A DNA stretch of 64,000 nucleotides, taken from Chrysomallon squamiferum (Eukaryota > Animalia > Mollusca). The translations under genes and the position numbers were made by a program. Below, one piece after another: positions 28,613 through 58,975 of this stretch. Below the pieces are notes generated by a model, which saw only the letters and a program-made list of their open reading frames with translations, ran no database searches and had not been told where the DNA came from. The stretch spans positions 12,152,001 through 12,216,000 of the forward strand of contig CM022665.1 in the NCBI GenBank assembly GCA_012295275.1, written 5' to 3'. Each line of letters begins with the position of its first letter. The first letter of the stretch is position 1.

Positions 28613-29444
28613 GGACTTACCCTTACAATATTTCAGTTCTTCATAATTTTATGTTAAAAAAAATAAAATATATATATATATATATATATAATAATAAATA
28701 AAAACTATTTTATCATAACAGAGACAGAACAGAAAGGGGAGGGGAAGGAAATAATAATAATAATAAAAATAATAATAAGAATAAATAAGAATAAAATTAT
28801 AATAAGAATAAAAATGAATGGTAATAAATAAATAAACATAATGAAAAAAAAAAATATATATATATATCCAGACAAAAATAAAAATATGTATACAGTGTAA
28901 ATTCTTGACCTTCATATCAAAGCTTAAAAGTCAAGAAAACTGTTCAGTCTTTTAAAAAAAAAAAATGTATGATGAACTGGTGAAATGTTTAATGCAGGGC
29001 TCACAAGAAATATAAAACTGGCAAATCCATAGTACATCTGTTACTGTATCCGTATTGTATTTTCTCACTTGGTGAGTGGCAAAGGGCAGTGGGGTAAGTT
29101 GGTGATAACAGTATATCCAGGAGCGGTCCGGTGACTCAGAAAGGGGGTGTACCTAACTGAACACGTTTCATGATAAAAATGAATGTATATAATAATAATA
29201 ATAATAATAATAAAATAATATTGATTTATTGGCCGATAATATCTGGGGGTGCTTTTCCTACTGTTGCTTACGAATAGGTAATGCTGTTATGAAGCAGCAT
29301 AGGTATTATGGAAGAAGATTTAGTAACCTTCCAAAAATTAGGAACATCCAGTAGTCAGAGGGGAAGATGTGTCAGAAATGTTTTACATTTAAAAAAATAT
29401 CCTAGTGTACAGGAGATGAAGAAAGAAGAAATTCGTGTGGCGTT

Positions 29445-29450
<6 letters not shown>

Positions 29451-29542
<92 letters not shown>
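29451..29542. repeat. (AG)n microsatellite
   Basis: Dinucleotide run with one interruption. Confidence 0.95.
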
Positions 29543-30606
29543 TATATGTATCATTTATCTGGTATGACCGAGCTATTGAAAAGCCAGTTGTCTCCATGGT
29601 AATTGACATGTCTGGAAGCAGGTGATAAATACTGAGTACAATATTTATTTAATCTCAGTAAAACGTGTAAATGTACTGCTTTGTAAAGGGTTTTGTGTGG
29701 GTTGTTAAACGGTCCTGATTTGTTTGCTGGATGATTAACTTTAGCGATTATAATTATTCTGTTTGCAGTGGTTTTGTAATACTGGTATGGATTTTGTTCG
29801 AAAGTGGACTGAACGTGTTTGGGTGTGTTTGTCTGTCGTTGAGTGTGTCTGTGTACACACTCACGCAAGCGCGCGCGCGCACACACTCACGCACACACAC
29901 ACACACAAACATACATATTGTACCGAGATCGTTATTTGAAATAAATGGAGAAGATTATACTTGAATTCTTTATTTCTAAACAATTACTGTATCTTGCAGT
30001 AAAAGAAAACAACAATACTACACTCATTATAAAGTAATAGCAAAACAGAAAGTTTTCAGAAATACACGAACAATTAGCCCCTTTGAAATATTAAAGCATT
30101 AAAATGACGGATTCAAAATATATACGTTTCTATGAATGAACTATAACGCTAATGGACACATGAAAAAAAAAAAAGAAAGAAAAAAAGAAGATATATGTTG
30201 ATATTTAAAACATACACGACACAAACTGGAACACTTGTGCACGCGTACTTCCTTAGCACGCCACTCCCAACGATCTTCATACCGTTAAACAGTAATGAAG
30301 GAATCACTGAGCACTGGTAGTAAATACGTATGGACGCCAAACTGAATATTATTAATCAATGAAATGTAACGTGCACGTTGTAACATGTGTTTTCTGTTAC
30401 TCGCATTCTTCTTTTTCTGTACTGTATGTAGCACGGAACAGAACTTGTTTTATTTTTTCTGTCTAGACGCTGATGTTACACACTGTTTCGCGAAGTTTAC
30501 ATTGCATTATCATACAGTCGTGTTTCTGTCTCTCTCTTTCTAATATTATACTTGTGTTTTTATTATTTTATTAATCAATCAACCAACCATTTATTTATTT
30601 TTGTCG

Positions 30607-30639
<33 letters not shown>

Positions 30640-30655
30640 GTTGTTGTTGTTGTTG

Positions 30656-30688
<33 letters not shown>

Positions 30689-30960
30689 GTATTAGTATTA
30701 GTATTATTTTTAAATTTTATTTCATTGACATTCGAATTTATTCTTTCGAAAAATGATTTTAATGATGCATTTGATGTTATATGTTTTGTATCAAATCCAG
30801 TTAGTGTCAAAGAACCATATCTAAATGTCACAGCTGTTTTCTAGTAATAGTAGATGTGAAATTAATGCTCGAGTCACTATGCATATTCAACAATATTTAA
30901 GTAACATTATTACTGAATATAAACAACTGTATTTTTTTAGTTTTATGTAGCAAAATGCAG

Positions 30961-31122
30961 TGGATATTTAGCCATCAGACATTTTTCTTTTTCTGTTAAC
31001 AGTCATTTCCTTAGGCATGCTCTGTTGTCACCGTTACTCTGCAAGTATTCGAATAAGCACGTCGAACGAAAGTGACGTTAAACAATATAGAAAAGAAGAC
31101 TCGTCAGACGGCTAAATATCCA
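30961..31122. mobile_element. Small MITE-like inverted-repeat element
   Basis: TGGATATTTAGCCATCAGAC (30961-30980) is an 18/20 inverted match to GTCAGACGGCTAAATATCCA (31103-31122). Confidence 0.55.
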
Positions 31123-31201
31123 TTTCTTTAATAAAACAGAGCTCCTAACGTTTCATAAAATGCCTAATAATATAACGGTCGCAGCCATTTTTGTAGTTGT
31201 T

Positions 31202-31647
31202 GTTGCTCGAGCAGTACATTTCGTTAGCTGCTGTTAATCGAGTGCTGATATTATCACGCTAATTAAAATGTTACACGTACTGATAGAGAACGAAATTCAT
31301 AATTACTACATTAATTTAAATAATACAAATAACTGCAGGTAATAATTCTTGTTGTCATCATTATTTATTTTATAATGAGCATGAAACATAAAATGCTGCT
31401 AAGATATATTAGGAAAAGCAAGGCCAATGCAGGAATAACATTTTAAACGTACTCAAATTAATTTATTGTTATAATGTTTTGTTACTATACTTGCTTTTAA
31501 TAATAATAATAATAATAATAATAATATAATAATAACTATAAATAATAATATAAAATGATACGTTAATATTTTTTATTTAAAAAGTATTGTGAGTTCGCAG
31601 GCTGCCGTAAATCACAAATGTTTTTTTCTTAGTGGCATTTAGTGGTT

Positions 31648-31704
<57 letters not shown>

Positions 31705-32855
31705 TAAATAAATACATAAATAAATACATAAATAAATAAAATATAATAAATACATATAAAAAAGATTTAAAAATAGTAGTCCATCAGTGTCATTATCGAA
31801 TTAATTAGCCCAGTAATCATTACCAAGGTACAAATATGTGTCAGAGCGTCGTTAACATTCATTCACTCGTGTACGTTTTCGTTCTTTGTTATGCCAAGTT
31901 AATGGAAACCTAGCCTGCTGAATCTGCTTTTCTTGTATGAATTGATTATATTGGCTTATGTCGACTGAGGCGTTAGACGTGAAGGTAATCGAAACAGCGT
32001 AATTATGATGAATTAGGAAAATAATAGACTAACGTCAATGGTAAGAGATGGTGATAGCCGAAGTGAGCCTAAGATTTAGTAACGAGTACTGTTCGAGTAA
32101 ACTGAAGCAAGGAGGGAATGATTGCGTAAATAACGTTGAATAAAAAGTGCAAGTATGAATATTATTGTTAATTTACTTAACACCTATTTATAACGTTTTA
32201 TTTGATAAATCCCTTCTTGACATCTGCAATATTAAAAAACACACTGCTAGCAAAGCACTTATTTCCTCCTTTTAGCCCTTCCCAACACAAGACGCCATCT
32301 TGATTTTCCCCCTGCTTATTCGTAAATAATTATTACCATGTCTACCGATTTGGCTTCGTAACTACGACTGTAGAATGTTAATGAACATCTACTTTGGCTC
32401 TGATACACCAAACATATCCTTTACGTGAAGTCTTGAATGACTAACAGCCAGTATTTAGCGTCTCTCGCTCTCTCTCTCTCTCTCTCTCTCCCCCATACCA
32501 ACATCCGCAGCCCACATATTGATAAGCAATACAACAGATTGAAACCGGGATACTGGAGTGAAATGAGGCAACATTCACCATGTTCAGCCATGAATATTAT
32601 TTGCCACGTAGGTTAACTTAAGTACAAACCGGTATAATGCTGAGCTGAGGCGTCTTGGTCTTCTCGCGCAAACACAAATACGTTAAAACAGAGGAATGCG
32701 GTTATGAATGAAAGCCAAGTTGCTCGAGCAGTACATTTCGTTACCTGCTGTTAAACGCGTGCTGATATTATCACGCTAATTAAAATGTTACACGTACTGA
32801 TAGAGAACGAAATTCATAATTACTACATTAATTTAAATAATACAAATAACTGCAG
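31202..32855 (+). repeat. Two near-identical ~137-bp direct repeats (31202-31338 and 32719-32855)
   Basis: GTTGCTCGAGCAGTACATTTCGTTA...AATAATACAAATAACTGCAG is present twice with only a few mismatches. Confidence 0.9.
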
Positions 32856-33542
32856 TGATACTGAATGATATTTATAATTACAACTCTAAATAATATACTT
32901 GTATAGTATGAGAACGAAATCTATAATTACTAAACATTAAACTCTTACCAGAACATAAATTAAATCAATGAAGCATGGAAATAATTATAAATAACTTTAC
33001 TTGAAAATTTCATCATACACGTTTGTTTCTTTAGTTTTGTGTTCTAACTTTTTAGATTTTACCTATGATGTATCAAATAAGAAACATATAAATAATATAA
33101 TATGCTTATTGTTACTAATCTCCGATATCCATTTTTTATTTTAAAAAGTGATTTGAATACGAAGTTCTGAATACAACACATTTTACTGGGGTTTTTTTAA
33201 AAATTACTTTTATTGTTTAAATTTATTTATTTATTGATTTTATTATTAATTAATTAAATTATTGGCGGTAATTAAACCTGAGCATTAATCGTACACCATA
33301 CTTAAAATGTAAAATGATGTGAAACAAAAACTAAAGCAAATACATTCGTGTGTAACAGATGTATTATAATTTATTGTCATGAAACGTGAACGCCATTACA
33401 GATTTTAAAAATAGTTTTTTTTTTTCAAAGGTTAACTACCCATTTATTTATTTATTTTTGCAATATGTTTGGATGTAGAGCTAGTAAGAATCGTTGAAAA
33501 ACAAATTAATAGTGTATTGCTTAATTCGAAATGATGATGATG

Positions 33543-33575
<33 letters not shown>

Positions 33576-34239
33576 CTCTATTAATACAGTATGAGCGCGG
33601 TTTATCTTTGGTTTGTGTACCGTATTTATGACGTATTTATAATGCGTGTTAGACATAATATCCGAGTGCATTATAAATTTCAACTTTATACATTTTTTCC
33701 AACTTATATCTGCAGTTATGAGTTTAAAGACAGCTCTTAAATATTAATTTAACTAGATAATCACAGACATTTTACAAATTTATTTTATTCATTTAGTTAG
33801 TTACTTATTTATTTTTTAAATTCTAAAATTTGTATTTCCCTGATGCTGTTTACTAGACAGCCATTTTAGATCTGTAAATGGTTGTTGTTGTTTTTTTTTC
33901 TTGTTGTGGAGTAATATACAGCGACAAAGTCTGCTGTAATGGTAATTTTCCCTTCAACATAAATCACAGACGATAATTATTTTTTTTTCACAAGTGTTTA
34001 CCAGACCACCACAACGCGAATGTAACCACGTCAGATCAATATTTGAACACAGAAGGTCATTCACAGTTCTCGGAAGATTTAATAAATAGCGGAGGCGTTC
34101 TCAAAACCAAGATCACCAAGCCTATAGAAATTTTTAAAATTATATATTCTTGCTCTTCCTTCCTTCTGTGAAGGCGAGAAATTTATTTTTGAAAATAAAT
34201 CGACAAGGAATATTAATTTAAGAGATAATGTTGGAAAAG

Positions 34240-34270
<31 letters not shown>

Positions 34271-34531
34271 TTAAATGATAACGACGATAAATACACATAA
34301 TCCAGTGTATGGATTAACTTTGAAAAAATGTATCTATTGCTCGCAGAATAAACTGACTACAAAATGATTTCTTTAAAATGCCGAGTATTAATTAGTTGTA
34401 ACTAAATTTAATCACAACGTTGTTTTAAAATGAATCATTATGTGAATAATAATAATAATAAGAAGAAGAAGAAGAAGAAATGGACGATATAAATAAATAA
34501 ATAAGAAGAAGAAGAAGAAAAGAACGATATA

Positions 34532-34582
<51 letters not shown>

Positions 34583-34929
34583 CCACAAATTGAGACCCGT
34601 TCTTTTCTATTTAAAGATAAAGGTTCTATGAATAAATTTAAATTATATTTACGGCTGAATAGGGCAAAAAGTTATCACTGGAAATTATTAACATGCAAAA
34701 TATAAACAAAATTTTAAAAAGTAAAACCATAAATAACTATAACAAAAATAAAGCATTAACGTCCTATTACAAATACTTACACGTCTCATTTTAATTCAAA
34801 CATTTTTTTTTTCTTTAAATGTTGTGATAACAGCTATTATCCAACAGAACAATATGTAACGAAAACATAATTCCAAAGACGATAGAAGTCTGTTGTCACT
34901 GGTCCCGAGGTCAACTTCCCTTAGCTGAT

Positions 34930-34995
34930 GGCGCATTGCATTATGGGATATTGGTATAAAAGCTTAATCTCCCGCCTGGGCCAAGCCAGTTCCAA
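34930..34995 (+). promoter_or_regulatory. Core promoter of paralog B: ZNF143/Staf-like site, TATA box and Inr-like element
   Basis: CGCATTGCATTATGGGA (reverse complement TCCCATAATGCAATGCG, Staf/ZNF143 SBS-like) at 34932-34948; TATAAAAG at 34955-34962; CCAGTT ~30 nt downstream; ATG at 35050. Confidence 0.6.
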
Positions 34996-35049
34996 GGTGG
35001 ACGGCGTGTGAGAAAAATTTATTGAATATTGGAATTGAGATAAGTTGTA

Positions 35050-38000
35050 ATGATTGCTGTCGAGTCGGGGGTTTCTACGCCTTTCCTTCAGCCAGACTTA
35101 GACATAGCTGCCATTATTACCCCGTGTTTGGAAACACAGGTACGTTTTATTTTGTTTTTCGTCATCTTTCTTTTTTTTTCTCGCGATTTATGGCCATGAT
35201 GCAATTTCAGTTCGATGTATTTTCAATTTATCACATTATCAGTGATATTTTAGCATCAAATTGAACACCAGTCAAAGATGCTTCATCGTCAGCATATTAC
35301 AGCTCTTTTGTTTTAACAAAGAGCTATTTGAATGATGAATCACGAAATTGAAAGCGACTAAATACCAGCTTTTGTTTCCCGACCTTCTTTCCACAGCCGC
35401 AGCTTGCAGTAAAAGTTCTTACGGGCTCAAAAGGTGGGTTTTATACGGCTTGAAGCGTTGCGTGACGTCAATAGTAGCTGATAGCCAATGAAATATTGAT
35501 CACGCCGTGTCACTTGTGCGCAATCAGTGATAATTTTGCCCACGTGACTACAACCATAAGTGAATGCTGTGGAAACTACCGACACGTATTCAATTTTTGG
35601 TACGCCCACTTTTATATGATTGACAGGAGCGTTTTCTGTCGTTAAAAAAAACCCCAGTTTCCTGTAAACTGTTGTTTTAATAAAGTGGCAGTTAAAAGGT
35701 CTGATTCTCGCTCAGTGAAATATTTATTACTAATAATTGCTTCTTTTTGACAACAGTAATTACGGATGAGATTGTAAAAAATTAAATTACTGGGCCCAGT
35801 CGATAATAAACGTGTGGTACAATGTAGTTTTATCTGAAATGCAGTGTGTGTGTGGAGAAAAAGGAGGAAGAAACAGGAACACGTTATTATCTCGCTGCTT
35901 ATTTAAATAGTTTTTTATGACCTTTTTTTATTTGCACTATCAGACGAACATCAAATATTAAGTAGAAACAAACATTGCACATTGATATAAACTGAAACAA
36001 AATTTCGATTAGTGTATTCATAGTTAATAATTTATGTATACTCGTGTGCAGCTTTGTTAAATAATAATAAATTTAAATAATTAAACTTTACTTTTAATTT
36101 CTTATTTAAATATGATGGAAAATATTTGCCATAATAAATATATCTGAATGTTTAGTTGCGGATTAAGTAGGGAAAAGAAATACAGTTTCTCAAAACTTTC
36201 AAAATTTAATGAATAACTGCTGTATTTAGCATTGTTAAAACAGATGTAGAATTTTAAAAATAGTTCTTTTGGTAGATGCTTTTTATTATTATTTTTTTAT
36301 TTATTTTTTTTATTTTTCAGGGGTCACAAGATCCTTTGAATGATACAGGATCTGTTGAAGCAGATTTTGATCCCACTGTTGCTCTTGAGGAGCTATTTCA
36401 TTATTTAGGTGAAGGTATACCACAGAATGGCGGACTCAGCTCAGACCTGGAATCATGCTTTGAGGCTGCAGCCATTCCTGAACTCGCCAGCCAGCACAAC
36501 CTGTGTAGTAAGACAGGCACCGGAGATGAACTGTCAATGTTTTCCATGCTGCTTGACATGTCACAACCATTGCCAGAGAGTGTACCAAGTGTCAACACAA
36601 AAGGTATTGAAATGTCAAAGACAACAGCATCGGACCAGCCAGCACCATTGCAGAGGCCATTCCAACCACCATTCTCTACACCACCTAGTCCAATGTCAAC
36701 GAGCGAAGAGGATGAGAAAACGAGTCTACCACGACATAAACGCCCTGCACATAAACGGGCTGAGGTGAAACGTAGAGGAAAAATAAAGGTTCTTTTTTTT
36801 ATATCCGAAGTGTACTTTTTAAACATTATTTTAATGTAATAGTTTAAAGTAAAAGAAAAAAGAAGAAGAAGAAAAAAATACTTACTTTATTTATCCTGTT
36901 GACAACAACAAACAGCTGACGTATTTTTCTTGCAGGATATCATTGAACATTCATTAATTTCACTTGTGAATATTAAGACTGGATGACATCTTACATTATC
37001 AGGAAATCAATGACAAAGACTACTGATATGTTTAATTCTGTTTCCAATTAAATGTAATAATTAAAAAGTACAGTAACTGAGGCAGAACTGTTTGAAATTC
37101 GTATCTTATTTTTTATTTGTTTATTTGATTGTTATTCAGACGAAGATTGATGATTTGAAAGAGATACTGCCACCCATGCAGAACCAAAGAAAAAGCGAGA
37201 CTGTGATACTGAACAAAGGTAAGAGAATGTTCCCATTTTGGAGCAAACTAATGTTTCAATCATGTTTCTCACTAGTTTTTACAGGACAGTAGGTAAGTCC
37301 TGAGAAAGGCATTCTTTCTAGACTGAAAGTTGTGTGGATGATTTCAAGCAGAGGTAGTGGTTGGGTGAAGTCTTTGTACAATATTTTCCAGCTGCAGTGA
37401 ATATTTTTCACACGACGGGTCACGACGGAATGCGCTCCTCAGTTCATTGTTGCAATAATATCTTTGTTATTGTTGCCTAGAGTTGAAATTAAAAAAAAAA
37501 AAAAAGTAGATATGTTAAACAGTGTCCATTCTGGGCACTTTGACAAAAATTCTGACGTATCTCCCTATTTTAGCGGCTGAATTCTGTCGCCAACTCAAAA
37601 TGGATATGGGAAGGCATGGCAAGGAAAAGGAATCCCTGCAAGCCGAGATTGTCGCCTTGAGTGCCGAAATAGAGTAAGTCCTTCTTGTTCAGCCAATGAC
37701 TTTGAATTTTTGTCACATGTCGGTGAGTTCATTCCCAGTGAAGTGAGTGTGTTTGGTTCAAACCTAATCACAGAACTTCTCTTTTTTGCAGGTTTTTGCT
37801 TTACTAATTACTTAATTCTTGGGTGAAACTAGTAACAATTTATATTGGGGCGCTGGGATCATTTTTATTATTTATTTATTTTAACAGATATATTTCTTTC
37901 TTATTTTACAGATGAATTTATTAATCTGCGAATGTTGCAGATAACTTTTATTGTTGGTGAAACAATATACATATTTTTTTGATTTTGATTTTTTTGCTTA

Positions 38001-39628
38001 GTAAAGCTAAAATAGTTATTGTGCTAGTTGTAGTCTCCTTTCAGACAGCTTTATACATTTAGGTATTTTGAGTTGTTGATCATTTGTAAAATATTACGTT
38101 ATTGTTTTTTGTAGCGACTTTCAGAAGAAGCTGCCAGCAATGGGGATAAAAGCCAAGCCTAAGAATAAAAAGACCATGGAAGAGAGATATGAGGAATATA
38201 TGCGAAGAGAAGTGAGAAAAAACTGGAAATTCTGGATTGTATCCTTTTTATCTTGACAGCATCATTTTACATATCATGTTTCTCAGCATAGAGGTCAAGT
38301 TTCTGAGACACAAAACAGGGGTGAAAAGTGATTCTCTCATCAGACTTATCATCGAAATGTCTGGTCTCATGATAGCATTTCTTTGGGATTACAATTTTAT
38401 TACCATTTTAAGTTTAGGCATGTTCTGTATTTATTCTTGATTCACTTTTTCATTAAAAAACTTGAACCAGAAAGAACACAACAAATGTAGAGAATCGTTT
38501 TTTTTTTGCTTTATTCGTTTATATTGAAATAAAGACATGCTTACATAAATTGTTACCAAAATGACTGGTTTCATCAAATAAAATATTTTGGGGAGCAAAT
38601 GGGATGACTTACATGCAGGATATCAAAACAAGTAAGAATTTAAAATTAGGAAATGTCATAAAATGGGTGTTATTTTAACAAATGATAATCAAAAGATTAA
38701 TTTTTATGGAAGTATGAAAATAATTCTCAATAAGGAACTGAATGGATATTTTTGGGCAGCAATAGCCCTAATACATTACTCAGTATTTTTTCCCTTTGAT
38801 TTTTTAAAACTTTTACCACATTACTTCAATGTTTTGTTCAAAATTTTCAGCAAATAAATTTATGGCAAATGACCACAAGCTGTTTTACAATGACTTTTGA
38901 TAAAATGTCTTCAAATCAATTTATTAAAAAAGAATGCACATAGCAGTCTTCAGTGATTAAAGACATAAACTTAGGCCTTAGATAGATTTTCAAAAGAAAC
39001 AGAATTTAAAAATAAAATCTTGATTCCTAGAAAAACATTTCTGACTTTTTTCTTTAACAATTAACAGTTCAGTTTTATATCGAGACCTTTGTTTGAGGCC
39101 TACAACAAAGTTGTGTCTACCTCGTCTCTGAAAGAATTCTTGACCACTGTTGGCCAGTGGACTAGAAACATACTTGGTCTACAGAATCTCAGATCTGGTA
39201 AACATTTTCATTATTAATATTTCTTAATGTACTGCATTAATGTTCACTAATAAAAACTGAAAACATTACTTATTGGAAGCACTGATATAAATGTAAATCT
39301 AAAAAATACATTTGACTTAAAGTGTTGAAAAGAACTGGAATTTCCAATTTTCTTTTCTTTTTTTTAACTAATAATTTTATTATAGAAACTGTACATTTTC
39401 TAATTCATTTAAATTAATTTATTTTAGCTAAAATTTGTAGCATATTGTTTCTTTTTTTTTTATAATTTTTTGTTTGTTTCAGTTGTCATGAAGGGAGTCC
39501 TTAGAATCAGCAAGGAGACGGACATAATGACAAATCCTGAAAATTTACCACAACAAGCAATGGAAGCAGTTGTAGCCAAAGACAGGCTGAACTCAAAATT
39601 CAGTTCCCTATTTATTTTACAGGAGTAA
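35050..39628 (+). CDS. Short Mondo/ChREBP-class (MLXIP/MLXIPL-like) bHLH-ZIP transcription factor, paralog B, ~378 aa
   Basis: Exons 35050-35139, 36321-36788, 37140-37218, 37574-37673, 38115-38238, 39068-39197, 39483-39628 (1137 nt, phases 0,0,1,2,0,1). Basic region KRPAHKRAEVKRRGKIK, HLH TKIDDLKEILP..SETVILNKAAEFCRQL, zipper, then LPAMG..NWKFWIFSFISRPLFEAYNKVVSTSSLKEFLTTVGQW..LR..TDIMTNPENLPQQAMEAV. This C-terminus matches the MondoA/ChREBP type (NWKFWIFS..PLFESF..VSTSS..TSILTDP..LPEQA) rather than MLX. Confidence 0.92.
35455..35550 (+). promoter_or_regulatory. Regulatory motif cluster in intron 1 of paralog B
   Basis: Palindromic CRE TGACGTCA (35463-35470), CCAAT (35485) and CACGTGAC E-box (35541) in a CpG-rich patch. 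Confidence 0.4.
38239..39067 (+). other. U12-type (minor spliceosome) GT-AG intron in paralog B
   Basis: 5' splice site GTATCCTTTT; branch-site-like TTCTTTAAC ending at 39058, ~9 nt before the intron end; same codon position (I|FSF) as in paralog A. Confidence 0.88.
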
Positions 39629-42216
39629 TCATTTTATTCATATTGAAAATGTGGTTTGAAATGGGGACCCTTGACAGGACTTGTCAACTTGCCTAAAAAC
39701 TGTACATGTTGTACTGGGTGTGTTATTTGGTATGTTGCCAAACTAAAACAAAGTAATGGGAATTGTTTTCTCTTTATGAAATATATTATTTTTTAATATT
39801 TTACTTTCATGGAAATAAAAATGCATAATTGTTTGGCATCATTATTTATTAAAATAATTATTGTTATTTTGAGGGAATAATTTTTAATAAATAAACCTAC
39901 AAAATACTCATTATTTCTGCATTAAAAATATTTTTAATGCATTTGTCTTAATTTCTTGGGATTTTCTTATTGTTTTTCAACCGACAATATGTTCAATATG
40001 GAGGCAAAGAAAAGCCATTATTTGTTTCAGTGCTTTTCAAGAGGGTCATCTGTTATGTGAATATTTAAATGTTTTATTATCATTTGACTTCAAAATGCCC
40101 AGTTGACCATACTAAATGTTATGTCCAGAGAAGTGTTTATTTTCTTTTTTTTGGAAAATAAATTGAAAACAATGAATTTTGACAAATTCATGCTTTTGTT
40201 CCTGAACATATCCTGAAAATTCGGATTTTTTTTTTTTTTAAATTCATATCAAAGTATAACTGTTTTGTTTTATTTGATCAATGTTTATCATTGATTTTAA
40301 AACTGGGCTAAGTGAAATCATATGCAACTAACAACCTACTATTGTTTGTTGTCTTTTTAATGAAGTTGAAATGTTTTCTTTAGCTTATTGATGTGAATTT
40401 TGGTTGCTACAGTATTTTACATTGATTGTGCTTGTTAACACTGTAATCTTTTGGACAGTATGTTTTAAACTAATAAAATGTATTTTATAATATTGGTTGT
40501 CAGTTATTTTGATCATCAGTTAGAAGACTGGAAATTTCTTAATTTTCTTATTTCTAAAATGTGAATGAAGTACAGCTTTGCTCATTCCAACCTGGGCACT
40601 GCAACTGGTATAGCACAGTAATGCAATGAACTTTCCTGTTCAAGTAAAATGTATGCAAAAGACCATTGATAATAGTGGGAATTCTTAATAAATTCTTTAC
40701 AAATTCACATCAGTGATGACCTCTGATTAATGTGAAAGATGAATGTTAGATTTACATTTATATATTGATTAAAACAACATTCAGCTATGTTTACAATTAC
40801 TTTTCCCAAAATCATTTATACATAGTTCAAAAATGTTTTAAATGATAGATTGCTACAGTGGCTGTTATTCCTCTATTTGGTTTCTGTGTAATAAACCAGA
40901 CTAAAAATTAAAATAAATACTGACAAATGTATTAATTTTATTCCAGTTATTTGTTGACACACACACACACACACACACAATTTTCAGGAAGTAAACTAGA
41001 TTATTTAATTTTATTTCAGATTTTCTTGTCATATTAAAATGTTACACGAATTGTGGCATATTTTTTCATTTAACGAATAGAAAGCCAAGGGACGCAACTG
41101 GCGATCCACTTCGCTTAAATTCGGTCACAAAAAACAACACAAAAAAAACAAAAAAAAACATTCATCGTATATAAATCGCTGAAAAGCAACCCAGTAAGCA
41201 CTAAAGAACACGTTACGAAATCTGTTACACCTAACGTAAGCAATAATTTTGTATACAGAGAAAACAGATGAACGATGCTTTTCACAGATAATAATTATAT
41301 GAAATAAATATGTATTACTACTGCTGCTACTACTTCTACTACTACTGTTATTACTGTTCTGCAGTTGTTATATTTCAGCTCAGAGAAATCGGTAGCAATA
41401 TCTCCATTCTGACAACATTTCAACAAAATCTATCCGAAGCAATACATTATTTAGTATTTTCATCGGATGGAAACAGCAGCTAATAATAACCTACACTTTT
41501 CGCACTGAACTAAAAAAAAAGAAAATAATAATATAAAAAATTAATTTAAAAAAAACAACAACAAAAAAAAAAAAAAAAAAATAAGCAGTAAATCTAAATG
41601 AAATAAAATATTTTCCACAGTTTATATGATATTCGAGATGAATTATATTTTTTAATCTACAGTATTATAGGCTTTCTGAAAGATATTTGCAGATGTTGGA
41701 CACATAATTAAAGGAAAAACATTTAAATTTCATGATATATAACTTTAAAAAAAAAATGAATTATACAGTTAACCAGACAGTAATAGTTAATGAATTATTT
41801 ATTTATTTAGTAAGTTATTTTTAAAAGGTTTATATACTTATATGTGGACAAGAATGCCGTTTCACCAATATAAAACATTTCCAAATGAATATATAGCACA
41901 TACCATGACCTTTGATAAACCAGTTCAAAATATTAGAAACTTAAAAGTGTATGTGAGAGTGTCTTTAAAAAGTTTATCAAGTAATAAACATTTATTTTTT
42001 ATTTTTGGCAGAGTCTAAAACGTTAAATTTGTAATACGTGCACAAATAAAATATTCCAAATGAATACACTGAATAAAAAAGTTGAGCAACAAAAATAGAG
42101 GTCTTTTTGGAGTTGCTTGCCCTTGTCCTGAAAATGGCATCTTGAAAAAACAAATTGACCAAATTTTGGTCACTAGCTTCAAATACTATTTTACAGGTTG
42201 CCGCAACACTTTTGGG

Positions 42217-58975
<16,759 letters not shown>

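Noticed and set aside
35501-35516. CACGCCGTGTCACTTG as a ChoRE (autoregulation site)
   Set aside because: The spacer is 4 nt rather than the 5 nt required, and the half-sites are degenerate.
35050-39628. Calling paralog B MLX because of its short length
   Set aside because: The NWKFWIFS motif and the C-terminal TDIMTNPENLPQQA segment are Mondo-class features not expected in MLX.
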